Of a DNA stretch of 64,000 bases, positions 48,427 to 57,058 are shown piece after piece (position 1 is the first letter of the stretch; each line of letters begins with the position of its first letter). A program made the position numbers and the translations under genes. The notes under the pieces are model-generated. The model worked only from the letters and a program-made list of their open reading frames with translations, had not been told where the DNA came from and searched no databases. The stretch lies in assembly GCA_963422395.1 (NCBI GenBank), contig OY729431.1, positions 2,272,001 through 2,336,000 on the forward strand, read 5' to 3'. Origin of the DNA: Vicinamibacteria bacterium. Lineage in GTDB: Bacteria; Acidobacteriota; Vicinamibacteria; Marinacidobacterales; Marinacidobacteraceae.

Positions 48427-48939
48427 GTGTGGAAGCGTCCCGAACCCGGTGAGTGCGCCGGCTATTACCGCGATGTCATCCGTCTGGTACCCGACGGCGA
48501 CCTGCCGGAGACCGCAGTTCGGGAGATGGCGGCGCTCCGATCGCTTCTCGGCGGAGCCCCCGCAGGGGCGGCGGCCGCGGGATATGCCCCGGGCAAGTGG
48601 TCCCTCGAACAGGTCGTAGGACACATCGCGGATGTGGAGCGGATCATGATGGTGCGGGCGCTGCGGTTCGCCCGCGGGGATGACGCGCCGCTTCCCGGGA
48701 TGGAACAGGAATCCTACGCGGCGGCAGCGGGGCACGAGCGGCGGCCGCTCTCCTCACTGCTCGACGAACTGGAGAGTGTTCGCGGAGCGACGGTGAGCCT
48801 GATGCGCTCTTTCGATCCGGCGGCACTCGAGCGGGTCGGCGAAGCGAGCGGATTCCGTTTCACGGTGCGCGCGATCTGCTTCCACGCCGTAGGCCATGCG
48901 ATCCACCACCGATTGGTGATCGAGGACCGCTACCTCTGA
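48427..48939 (+). CDS. DinB family protein
   Basis: Motifs RP...E...YY, YAPGKWS..QVVGHI.D.ERI and GH..HH. GTG 48427 lies 8 nt after TACCAT. Confidence 0.88.
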   Translation: MWKRPEPGECAGYYRDVIRLVPDGDLPETAVREMAALRSLLGGAPAGAAAAGYAPGKWSLEQVVGHIADVERIMMVRALRFARGDDAPLPGMEQESYAAAAGHERRPLSSLLDELESVRGATVSLMRSFDPAALERVGEASGFRFTVRAICFHAVGHAIHHRLVIEDRYL

Positions 48940-50203
48940 AGCCCGTGGTTCGCGGATCACGGCGCGGGGCGGGCCCTTCTCCCGGCATGACGAGCGCTGC
49001 TGCCAGCGGAACGAGCCCGAGAGCTGCCCCGGTGAGCGAGACAGCGGGGAATCCGAAGTGGGCCATCACGCCCCCGGACACCACGCTCGCGACGGCGGCG
49101 ATCATCCAGTTCAGCGAGTCGGCGAGTCCCTGGCGGCGGACCTTCCGCGCGGAATCGGGTCCCGTGGACAGCAGAGTGCTGGCCGCCACGAAGGCGAGGC
49201 ACCAGCCGAGGCCCAACAGGTAGAGCGCGATCCCGAGCCAGGCGCCCGTCCCCGGACCGAGCCCGGCGAGCAGGCCGGCAGCGAGGAGGACGGCGCCTCC
49301 GGCGGCGATCACCGGACGCTCGCCGAAGCGGTCGCAGAGGCTGCCGACCAGCGGAGAGAGCGCGAACATCCCGAGCGTGTGCGCCCCCATGATCGCCCCG
49401 AGACCGGTGAGGGAGCCGCCCCCGCCGACGACCCGGACCGGGGTCATGGTCATCACGACCAGCATCCCGGCGTGCGCCGCCGCCATCGAGACGACCCCCA
49501 GCCGAACCCGGCGCCGGGCGCCGGCGCCCTCCTCCGGGGAATCCGGCGTTCTTCGGGCGCCCGGAGAGGCGGCGCGGTCCGTCCGGAGCGAGCGCAATGC
49601 GCGGAGCGACCGGCTGCGGAAGAACAGCAGGCCCGCCCCCGCGAACAACAGCGACGCGGCCAGATAGGCGAGCGGGATCGGTTCCCCGCCGCCGACCGCC
49701 GCGAAACGCTCGATCCAGCTGAAGATCACCGGGGCGGCGAAGCTGCCCGCAACCGCCACCCACACCACGAGGCCGATGGCGCGCCCGCTCCGGTGCGGCG
49801 GGACCAGCAGCACCGCGGCGTAGCGGGTCAGGTGATAGGCAGCGTAGCCGGCGCCGAGCAGCAGGCTGCCGCCGAGATAGAGGCCGAACCAGTCGCCGTG
49901 GAGGGCCGCCGCAGCGGGGGCGAGGCAGGCCAGCGCCGCCACCGAGAACCCCAGGGCGAGGGCGGACGGGCGGCCGAGGCGCGGAATGAGCCAGGAAAGC
50001 AGCGGAGCGCCCCCGGCCACTCCGAGCACGAGCGCAGCGTTCGGGACTCCGATCCACCCGGAACCGGAGAGGTACCGCCCGGCGAGCACCGGGGTCACGG
50101 TGATGACGAGCAGATACGCGGTCGAAGCGAGGACCGCACCGGCGAGCAGGACGAGGAAGGCCCGCGCCGGGCGGGGGCTTCCGGCGGACCGCCGCGGCCG
50201 CAC
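48860..50203 (-). CDS. MFS transporter
   Basis: About 12 hydrophobic segments. MFS motifs L..RLGR and G.L.DRFG.R, plus H.LGMFA.SP..G. The GTG overlaps the upstream stop, and the 3' end overlaps dinB. Confidence 0.85.
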   Translation of the reverse strand: MRPRRSAGSPRPARAFLVLLAGAVLASTAYLLVITVTPVLAGRYLSGSGWIGVPNAALVLGVAGGAPLLSWLIPRLGRPSALALGFSVAALACLAPAAAALHGDWFGLYLGGSLLLGAGYAAYHLTRYAAVLLVPPHRSGRAIGLVVWVAVAGSFAAPVIFSWIERFAAVGGGEPIPLAYLAASLLFAGAGLLFFRSRSLRALRSLRTDRAASPGARRTPDSPEEGAGARRRVRLGVVSMAAAHAGMLVVMTMTPVRVVGGGGSLTGLGAIMGAHTLGMFALSPLVGSLCDRFGERPVIAAGGAVLLAAGLLAGLGPGTGAWLGIALYLLGLGWCLAFVAASTLLSTGPDSARKVRRQGLADSLNWMIAAVASVVSGGVMAHFGFPAVSLTGAALGLVPLAAALVMPGEGPAPRRDPRTTGFRGSGPRSPIGGGSHGLRRGSRSRAP

Positions 50204-51348
50204 TACTCTTCGGCTTCGGTGCGCAGGCGGGCGTCGAGACCCGTCAGCGCCTGACGCACCGGGCCGGCGAGGCTCTTGCCGCTCGCGAGCGCTTCGCGAT
50301 CCTCCGGGGCGAGGCCCAGCGCCGCCGCCCGCTCGATCAGTTCCTCGAGCGCATCGTCCTCGGGACCGACCTGCCAAGCGCCCGCAACCAGCTGGAGATC
50401 GTGGAGGTGGGCGGCGCCCGCTTCCTGGACTCGCTCGCGGTAGGAGAGCACTTCGGGCAAAACGAAGTCGTCGAACGATCCCACCACCTCGAAGACCGGC
50501 CGTCGCAGCTCGGCGGGCGGGGCCGGGAGAACCGGACTGGGGAAGGCGGCAACGGCGTCGAAGTAAGGCCAGAAGCGGCTTCCCTCGCGGGGGACCCCGG
50601 CAACGGCGGCATAGGCGGCGAATCCGGTTTCGGATCGGCTCCGATCTCCGGCGAGGGCGAGGCGGGCGCTTCGGCGAAGGGCGGCGGCGGCGGGGTCGCC
50701 GAGATCGGCGGCCACCAGCACGATCCCGTCGAAGGTGTCCCCGTCGGACGAAGCTGCGTAGCGGGCGAGGCCGCCCCCTTCCCGGTAGCCGAGCAGCAGG
50801 GTGCGCTCGGGATCGAGAGCCAGTCGGGGGCGGATCTGGTCGAACATGAGCCTCGCGAACGCCTCGGTGAGTCGATGGGCTTCGGGGCCGGCCCCGAGGC
50901 CGGCACGGTCGAAGCTGGCCCAGGCGAAGCCCTGGTCGAGCGCCCACCAGCCGACGAGATCGTCGAGTTCCGTCTCTCCGGTGCCGAGCTCGGCGCCGCC
51001 CAGGCCCCGCCGGATACCCCCGAGCCCTCGATGGGCGCCGATCACCAAGGCGCCGTTCCAGTCCGGCGGGCGGGCAGGATGACGAAGGACGAAGCGCCGC
51101 GGCGGTTCCCCCGGTGGGAGCCCGCGGCCGGGAGGAACCGAAGCCACGATCCCCTGGGTCACGAGAGCGTCGCCGTAGGAACGGCCGGGGAGGAGGGTTT
51201 CGCGGCCGCCGTGGATATAGAAGTGGAGGCGCGCGTCGCAGGCAGAGAGCGCAACGACCCCGACGAAAAGCGCAGCAAAACGGGCCGCCAAGAGAAAAGC
51301 GACCCGGAGAAAAAGCCCCGGGGTCCCTCGGAGGCCGTTCGACCTCAT
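50203..51348 (-). CDS. Hypothetical (lipo)protein with alpha/beta-hydrolase-like fold
   Basis: Lipobox-like ALSAC. Motifs P.DWNG.LVI, L..GFAWAS, LLGYREGG (GxSxG position lacking Ser) and VVG..D. Confidence 0.6.
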   Translation of the reverse strand: MRSNGLRGTPGLFLRVAFLLAARFAALFVGVVALSACDARLHFYIHGGRETLLPGRSYGDALVTQGIVASVPPGRGLPPGEPPRRFVLRHPARPPDWNGALVIGAHRGLGGIRRGLGGAELGTGETELDDLVGWWALDQGFAWASFDRAGLGAGPEAHRLTEAFARLMFDQIRPRLALDPERTLLLGYREGGGLARYAASSDGDTFDGIVLVAADLGDPAAAALRRSARLALAGDRSRSETGFAAYAAVAGVPREGSRFWPYFDAVAAFPSPVLPAPPAELRRPVFEVVGSFDDFVLPEVLSYRERVQEAGAAHLHDLQLVAGAWQVGPEDDALEELIERAAALGLAPEDREALASGKSLAGPVRQALTGLDARLRTEAEE

Positions 51349-51481
51349 CGCAGTGCGAAGCGCCGGCGGCGGGCGCTCAGGGCGCCGCGGCCGCCAAGGG
51401 TCAGCCCCGCTTCTGCAGCTCTCGGTAATCAGGACCCCGGAAGCCCGTCCGCTGGGTTCCCGGCCCCGGCGCGGATGCGGA

Positions 51482-51547
51482 TCAGGAAACTCCGTTCCCG
51501 CTCCCGTTCGGGGCCGAGAAAGGAAAGTCGTCCGGCGGTGCGCTCAT
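51482..51547 (-). CDS. Candidate 21-aa small ORF MSAPPDDFPFSAPNGSGNGVS
   Basis: ATG preceded by AAGGGGG, about 40 nt downstream of a near-consensus promoter. No homology evidence. Confidence 0.3.
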   Translation of the reverse strand: MSAPPDDFPFSAPNGSGNGVS

Positions 51548-51591
51548 TTCCGACCCCCTTTTCCGAATGGCGGTTGCGTTGCGTACCCCTA

Positions 51592-51620
51592 TTTATATCG
51601 CGGCGCGACGGCTTTGTCAA
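51592..51620 (-). promoter_or_regulatory. Sigma70-type promoter TTGACA-N17-TATAAA
   Basis: -35 at 51620-51615 and -10 at 51597-51592, with a 17-nt spacer. Confidence 0.75.
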
Positions 51621-51654
51621 ACAGCGGCGGGGCGCCCCAGCCGGCTGTCCCCTT

Positions 51655-53475
51655 TCAGCGCGCGGACAGGTTCCCGTGGACGATCCGGCCCTCCACCATG
51701 GTGGCGAGGATCCGTTCGCGCATGGTGAAGAGCAGTTCGGGGTCGTCCTCGAGGGCGTCGAGTCCGGAAAGGTCGAGGACCACGAGATCCGCCAGCTTAC
51801 CGGGCTCGAGACTCCCGCGCCGATCCTCGTCGTGGGTCAGGAAGGCACCGTTCCAGGTATAGGAGCGCAGCGCCTCGGCGATGGTGACCGTCTCCTCGGC
51901 CCCGTGGACCACGCCGGACTTCTGATCCTTGCGGGTGAGCAGGGCGTAAAAGCCCATCCACGGGTCGTGGGTGGTCACCCCGTAGTCGGATCCCGAGGCC
52001 ATGACCACTCCGGAGCGCAGGTAGCTGCGGAACGGCTGCAGGCGCGCCATCCGCTCGGGGCCGGAGTTCGCCGCGAACGAGAAACCCTGCTGCCAGTTGA
52101 ACACCGGGTTGGTGGCCGCCACGATGCCGTAGCGGGCCATGTCCTCGAGGACGCGGGTCTTCGGCTCGATCGGGAAGTACGCGTGGATGACGCTCCAGCG
52201 CAGGTCGGGCGGAACGCCTTCAACGGCCATTTCGTCCAGCAGTTTCATGTAGAGGTCCACGGTCTGGCGCATCGCCTGGTCGCCACAGCTGTGGGTGTGG
52301 AGGTCCCAGCCGTGGCTGCGGATCGCCCGGTACTGAGCCTCGCGCTCGGGGTAGCCGGCGACCACTGGGTTTCCCAGATTTCGCTCGCCTTCCAGCTCGT
52401 CCCACATGTGGAACGGCTCGGACATCCAGGCACTCCTCGTCCCCACGCCCCCGTCGCCGTACACCTTGACCCCGCGCCAGCGGAGGAACCGGTCGCCGAG
52501 ATCGTTGATCCGGAGGGCGCCGAGGTGGGCGGAAATCGCCTCCGGCGCGTGGGTATTGAAGGTGCCTTCGTACACCGCAGCGATCCGCAGGCGCAGGTCC
52601 CCGCGGTTCGCAGCTTCCTGGTACACCCTCATGTTGTGTCCCATGCGGGAGGAGGGATCCACGATGGAGGTGACTCCGAGGGAGAGCAGTTCGGCGACGC
52701 CGAGCCGGACGCTCTCCACCTCGTCTTCGAATGCGGCCGGCGGCGGCCGCTGGGTCACCAGGCGGGAGGCACGGGAGCCGAGGAAGACGCCGGTCGGGAC
52801 TTCGCGCGTCACCCTCGCACCTTCGACCAGCACCTCACGCGGAGCGCGCAGGATCTGATCCTCGAAGGTGAAGTCTTCCGGGTCGTCGAGCCACCAGGAC
52901 GGCCAGCTCTCCGGATCGTCGTCAGCGATTCCCATGCGTCGGAACACTTCGGTGTTCACCGCGACGCCGCGGTACACGCGATAGAGCGCTACCGGATTGT
53001 CGGGGGCGGCTTCGTCGAGCTGCCAGCGGGTCACCATCTCCGGGTACTTGAACTGATCCCAACGGCGGCCCTCCACCCACTCGCCGGGAGCGTGGGCTCC
53101 GGCGGCGAGGCGCGCCCGCACCGCTTCCAGGATGTCCTCGGCCGAGGCGGCGTAGCTGAGCTCCACACCCTCGGCGATGTCGCGCCCGAGGGGAAGGAAG
53201 TGGATATGGGAGTCCTGTAGACCGGGAATGACCGTCCTGCCGGCGAGGTCGGCGGTTTCGGTGTTCGGGCCGGCGAGGGCGGCTACTTCTGCCGCGGTCC
53301 CCACCGCGACGACCCGGCCGTCCTTGATCGCGAGCGCCTGGACGATGCGGTCTTCGGCGTCCACGGTACGGATCTCGGCCCCGGTGAGCACCAGGTCCGG
53401 TTCGGGGTACCACTGCGCCGCCGCCCCAGCCGGGAACAGGGAAATCGAGAAGAACGCGGCGAGCCGGCGAAACAT
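51655..53475 (-). CDS. Amidohydrolase (YtcJ-like, Amidohydro_3), exported
   Basis: Motifs PGLQDSHIH, K.YGDG, THSCGD, IHA, GSD and GSLEPGKLADLVVLD. Signal peptide. Confidence 0.92.
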   Translation of the reverse strand: MFRRLAAFFSISLFPAGAAAQWYPEPDLVLTGAEIRTVDAEDRIVQALAIKDGRVVAVGTAAEVAALAGPNTETADLAGRTVIPGLQDSHIHFLPLGRDIAEGVELSYAASAEDILEAVRARLAAGAHAPGEWVEGRRWDQFKYPEMVTRWQLDEAAPDNPVALYRVYRGVAVNTEVFRRMGIADDDPESWPSWWLDDPEDFTFEDQILRAPREVLVEGARVTREVPTGVFLGSRASRLVTQRPPPAAFEDEVESVRLGVAELLSLGVTSIVDPSSRMGHNMRVYQEAANRGDLRLRIAAVYEGTFNTHAPEAISAHLGALRINDLGDRFLRWRGVKVYGDGGVGTRSAWMSEPFHMWDELEGERNLGNPVVAGYPEREAQYRAIRSHGWDLHTHSCGDQAMRQTVDLYMKLLDEMAVEGVPPDLRWSVIHAYFPIEPKTRVLEDMARYGIVAATNPVFNWQQGFSFAANSGPERMARLQPFRSYLRSGVVMASGSDYGVTTHDPWMGFYALLTRKDQKSGVVHGAEETVTIAEALRSYTWNGAFLTHDEDRRGSLEPGKLADLVVLDLSGLDALEDDPELLFTMRERILATMVEGRIVHGNLSAR

Positions 53476-53574
53476 GATCCTTCGCAGACTATATCTAGCT
53501 GTGACCTTGCGGATCGGCATGTGAGCCCGATGCCGACAGCGCGATACCCTGCTCTTTTTCTACGGAGAAGTCCC

Positions 53575-55299
53575 ATGCGTTCGACCTGCCTGCTCTCCGC
53601 TGCCGCGCTGCTCCTCGGCGCCTGCGGCGTCTCGGCCCCCGAAATCGGCGGGCCCGCCGACCTGGTGATGCTCGGCGGCCGGGTGGTGACCATGGACCCG
53701 TCGCTTCCGGAGGCGGAAGCGCTGGCAGTCCGGAACGGCCGGATCGCCGCGCTCGGCGGGACCCGGGAGATCGAGGCGACGATCGGTCCCGAGACCGAGG
53801 TGATCCAACTCGACGGACGGTTGGCGATTCCGGGGTTCATCGAGGGGCACGGCCACTTCATGGGGGTCGGGAACGCGCAGCGGATCCTCAAGCTCGGGGA
53901 AGCCGCGCACTGGAACCGGATCGTGGATCAGGTCGCCGAAGCGGTCGCGACGGCGTCCCCTGGGAGCTGGATCGAAGGCCGCGGCTGGCATCAGGAGAAG
54001 TGGGACGAGGTTCCCCCCGGAGCCGTGGAAGGACTGCCCCACCATCTCGGGCTCTCGGAGATCTCCCCCGACAACCCGGTGCTGCTCCGCCATGCGAGCG
54101 GGCACGCTGCCTTCGCCAACGCCCTCGCCATGGAGCTGGCCGGAATCGACCGGAGCACTCCCGACCCGCCGGGAGGCACGATCGTGCGGGATTCCGAGGG
54201 CAACGCCACCGGGGCGCTCCGGGAGACCGCCCAACGGCTGGTCGCCCGCGCCCGGGACCGGGTGATGGCGGAACGGAGCGAAGCGGAACAGCACGCCGAG
54301 CGCGAGCTGCAGTTCGAACTGGCGGCCGAGGAATCGCTGCGCAAGGGCGTCACCAGCTTCCAGGACGCCGGGGCCTCGTTCGAGACGATCTCCTTCTTCC
54401 GCGAGATGGCCGAGACGGGCCGGTTGCCGGTCCGGCTCTATGTGATGGTGCGGGGCGAGTCCAACGAGGAGCTCGACGCACGGCTCTCCGAATTCCGGAT
54501 GGTGCACCACGCCGACGGTCTTCTGACCGTGCGTTCCATCAAGCGGCAGGTGGACGGCGCGCTCGGCGCGCACGGCGCTTGGCTGCTCGAGCCGTACGAC
54601 GACATGCCCGCGAGCTCCGGGCTCGTGATCGAGGAAGTGGAAGACATCGAGGAGACCGCGCGGATCGCCATCCGGCACGGGTTCCAGGTGAACACCCACG
54701 CGATCGGGGATCGCGGGAACCGGGAGATCCTCGACGCCTACCAGCGCGCCTTCGAGGCGGCGAATGTTTCCGGAGCGGAGCTGAGGTTCCGGATCGAGCA
54801 CGCGCAGCACATCCACCCCGACGACATCCCGCGCTTCGGAGAGCTCGGCGTGATCGCCTCGATGCAGGCCGTGCACGCCACCTCGGACGGCCCCTGGGTG
54901 CCCGAGAAGCTGGGCGGCGAACGAGCGCGGAGCGGAGCGTATGTCTGGCGGTCGCTGCTCGATTCGGGCGCAGTGGTGACGAACGGGACCGACGCTCCGG
55001 TAGAGGACCTCGACCCGATCCCCAGCTTCCATGCGACGGTCACTCGACAGCTCCCCGACGGGAGCCGGTTCCATCCCGAACAGGCGCTCAGCCGCGAAGA
55101 GGCGCTCTACTCGTACACCATGGCGAACGCGTTCGCCGCGTTCGAGGAGGATGTCAAGGGGAGCCTCACCCCTGGCAAGTACGCGGACATCGTGGTGCTG
55201 TCGAAGGACATCCTCAGCGTGCCCGAAGACGAGATCCCGGACGCCGAGGTAGCGTTGACCATCGTGGGCGGGCGAGTGGCCTACCGGGCCGACGAGTAG
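53575..55299 (+). CDS. Amidohydrolase (YtcJ-like, Amidohydro_3), lipoprotein
   Basis: Lipobox LGAC. Motifs PGFIEGHGH, HAIGD, RIEHAQ, GTDAPV and GSLTPGKYAD. Confidence 0.93.
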   Translation: MRSTCLLSAAALLLGACGVSAPEIGGPADLVMLGGRVVTMDPSLPEAEALAVRNGRIAALGGTREIEATIGPETEVIQLDGRLAIPGFIEGHGHFMGVGNAQRILKLGEAAHWNRIVDQVAEAVATASPGSWIEGRGWHQEKWDEVPPGAVEGLPHHLGLSEISPDNPVLLRHASGHAAFANALAMELAGIDRSTPDPPGGTIVRDSEGNATGALRETAQRLVARARDRVMAERSEAEQHAERELQFELAAEESLRKGVTSFQDAGASFETISFFREMAETGRLPVRLYVMVRGESNEELDARLSEFRMVHHADGLLTVRSIKRQVDGALGAHGAWLLEPYDDMPASSGLVIEEVEDIEETARIAIRHGFQVNTHAIGDRGNREILDAYQRAFEAANVSGAELRFRIEHAQHIHPDDIPRFGELGVIASMQAVHATSDGPWVPEKLGGERARSGAYVWRSLLDSGAVVTNGTDAPVEDLDPIPSFHATVTRQLPDGSRFHPEQALSREEALYSYTMANAFAAFEEDVKGSLTPGKYADIVVLSKDILSVPEDEIPDAEVALTIVGGRVAYRADE

Positions 55300-55301
55300 C
55301 C

Positions 55302-56141
55302 GTGCGCTTCGCCACTCTCCTCGTCCCCGGACGGGGCGAGACCCCCGCCCTGATCTCCGCGGACGGGACCCGATACCACCCGCTGCCCGGACCGGAGCCG
55401 CTCGCGGACCGGCTCGACGGGCCCCTCCCCCGACTCCGTCCGGACTGGAGCGCAGCTCCCCTCCTCTCCGGAGTCCGGTTCGCCCCGCTGATCCCGCGGC
55501 CGGGGGCGGTGTGGTGCGTAGGGCTCAACTACGAGGACCACCGCCTCGAGACCGGGCGGGCGAAGGCCGCCTGGCCCACCCTGTTCACTCGGTTTCCGGC
55601 GTGCCTCCTCGGCCACCGGGAGCCGCTCATGCGGCCGGCGGTCTCGCGGGAGCTCGACTACGAGGGCGAGCTCGCCGTGGTGATCGGCAGGACCGGCAGG
55701 CATATCTCCGAGGCGGCGGCGCTTGACCAGGTGGCCGGGTACGCCTGTTTCGACGACGGCTCGGTGCGGGACTACCAAGGGCACAGCAGCCAGTTCGGGC
55801 CAGGGAAGAACTTCTTCCGCACCGGCGCCCTCGGACCCTGGCTGGTCACCGCCGACGAGGTTCCCGATCCTCAGGACCTGTCCATCGAGACTCGGCTGAA
55901 CGGAGAGGTGATGCAGCGGAGCCACACCTCGCAGATGACCTGGAGCGTCCGCGAGCTGATCGCCTATCTCTCCCGGATCACTCCCCTCTTTCCCGGGGAT
56001 GTGATCGCCACCGGTACCCCTTCGGGGATCGGAGCGGCCCGCGACCCGCAGCGGTTTCTGAAGCCGGGAGATGTGGTCGAGGTGGAGATCGGGGGAATCG
56101 GGACGCTCCGCAACGGAGTGGTGGACGAGGCGGTTGCGTGA
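55302..56141 (+). CDS. Fumarylacetoacetate hydrolase-family protein (cytoplasmic)
   Basis: Motifs CVGLNY..H, LDYEGEL, D.SVRD.Q, GKNF, GP.LVT and PGDVIATGTP.G. GTG start 2 nt after the upstream stop. Confidence 0.93.
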   Translation: MRFATLLVPGRGETPALISADGTRYHPLPGPEPLADRLDGPLPRLRPDWSAAPLLSGVRFAPLIPRPGAVWCVGLNYEDHRLETGRAKAAWPTLFTRFPACLLGHREPLMRPAVSRELDYEGELAVVIGRTGRHISEAAALDQVAGYACFDDGSVRDYQGHSSQFGPGKNFFRTGALGPWLVTADEVPDPQDLSIETRLNGEVMQRSHTSQMTWSVRELIAYLSRITPLFPGDVIATGTPSGIGAARDPQRFLKPGDVVEVEIGGIGTLRNGVVDEAVA

Positions 56142-56211
56142 CGAAGCCGCCGATGCCGGAAAACGGCAGGAAGGTGGCGGGCAGCGCTCCAACAGCGGGA
56201 AAGAAGAAGTA

Positions 56212-57058
56212 GCGGGGAGGGGATCCCCCCTCCCCGCGAAACGGGCGGAGAGAATCGCGCCAGCGATTCCCCGCCGCCTGGCTGGGGAAGAAGCGCCCGC
56301 TCCAACGAAAAGACGCCCGAGACCATCGTCGTACGAAGCCGCCGCAGGGCGCTTCTCACCCAGCCCAGTCCCAGGGGTGGGGTGCGGGGAGGGGATCCCC
56401 CCTCCCCGCGAAATGGGCGGAGAGAATCGCGCCAGCGATTCCCCGCCGCCTGGCTGGGGAAGAAGCGCCCGCTCCAACGAAAAGACGCCCGAGACCATCG
56501 TCGTACGAAGCCGCCGCAGGGCGCTTCTCACCCAGCCCAGTCCCAGGGTGGGGTGCGGGGAGGGGATCCCCCCTCCCCGCGAAATGGGCGGAGAGAATCG
56601 CGCCAGCGATTCCACTCCGCCTGGCTGGGGAAGAAGCGCCCGCTCCAACGAAAAGACGCCCGAGACCATCGTCGTACGAAGCCGCCGCAGGGCGCTTCTC
56701 ACCCAGCCCAGCCCCAGGGGTGGGGTGCGGGGAGGGGATCCCCCCTCCCCGCGAAACGGGCGGAGAGAATCGCGCCAGCGATTCCCCGCCGCCTGGCTGG
56801 GGAAGAAGCGCCCGCTCCAACGAAAAGACGCCCGAGACCATCGTCGTACGAAGCCGCCGCAGGGCGCTTCTCACCCAGCCCAGCCCCAGGGGTGGGGTGC
56901 GGGGAGGGGATCCCCCCCTCCCCGCGAAATAGGCGGAGAGAATCGCGCCAGCGATTCCCCGCCGCCTGGCTGGGGAAGAAGCGCCCGCTCCAACGAAAAG
57001 ACGCCCGAGACCATCGTCGTACGAAGCCGCCGCAGGGCGCTTCTCACCCAGCCCAGTC
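56212..57058. repeat. Tandem array of five ~172-bp structured units
   Basis: Unit starts at 56212, 56384, 56555, 56727 and 56899, differing by a few SNPs/indels. Three inverted repeats per unit and no unique spacers. Confidence 0.96.

Noticed and set aside
51380-51590. Assignment as SRP RNA, RNase P RNA, tmRNA or a known riboswitch
   Set aside because: Only partial look-alike words occur (tcaggaccccggaag, aggaaagtc). The full conserved cores are absent, so it is left as an unassigned candidate.
56212-57058. CRISPR array interpretation of the 172-bp (and ~294-bp) repeats
   Set aside because: Whole units are repeated with no unique spacers, the lengths do not fit CRISPR, and no cas genes are present.
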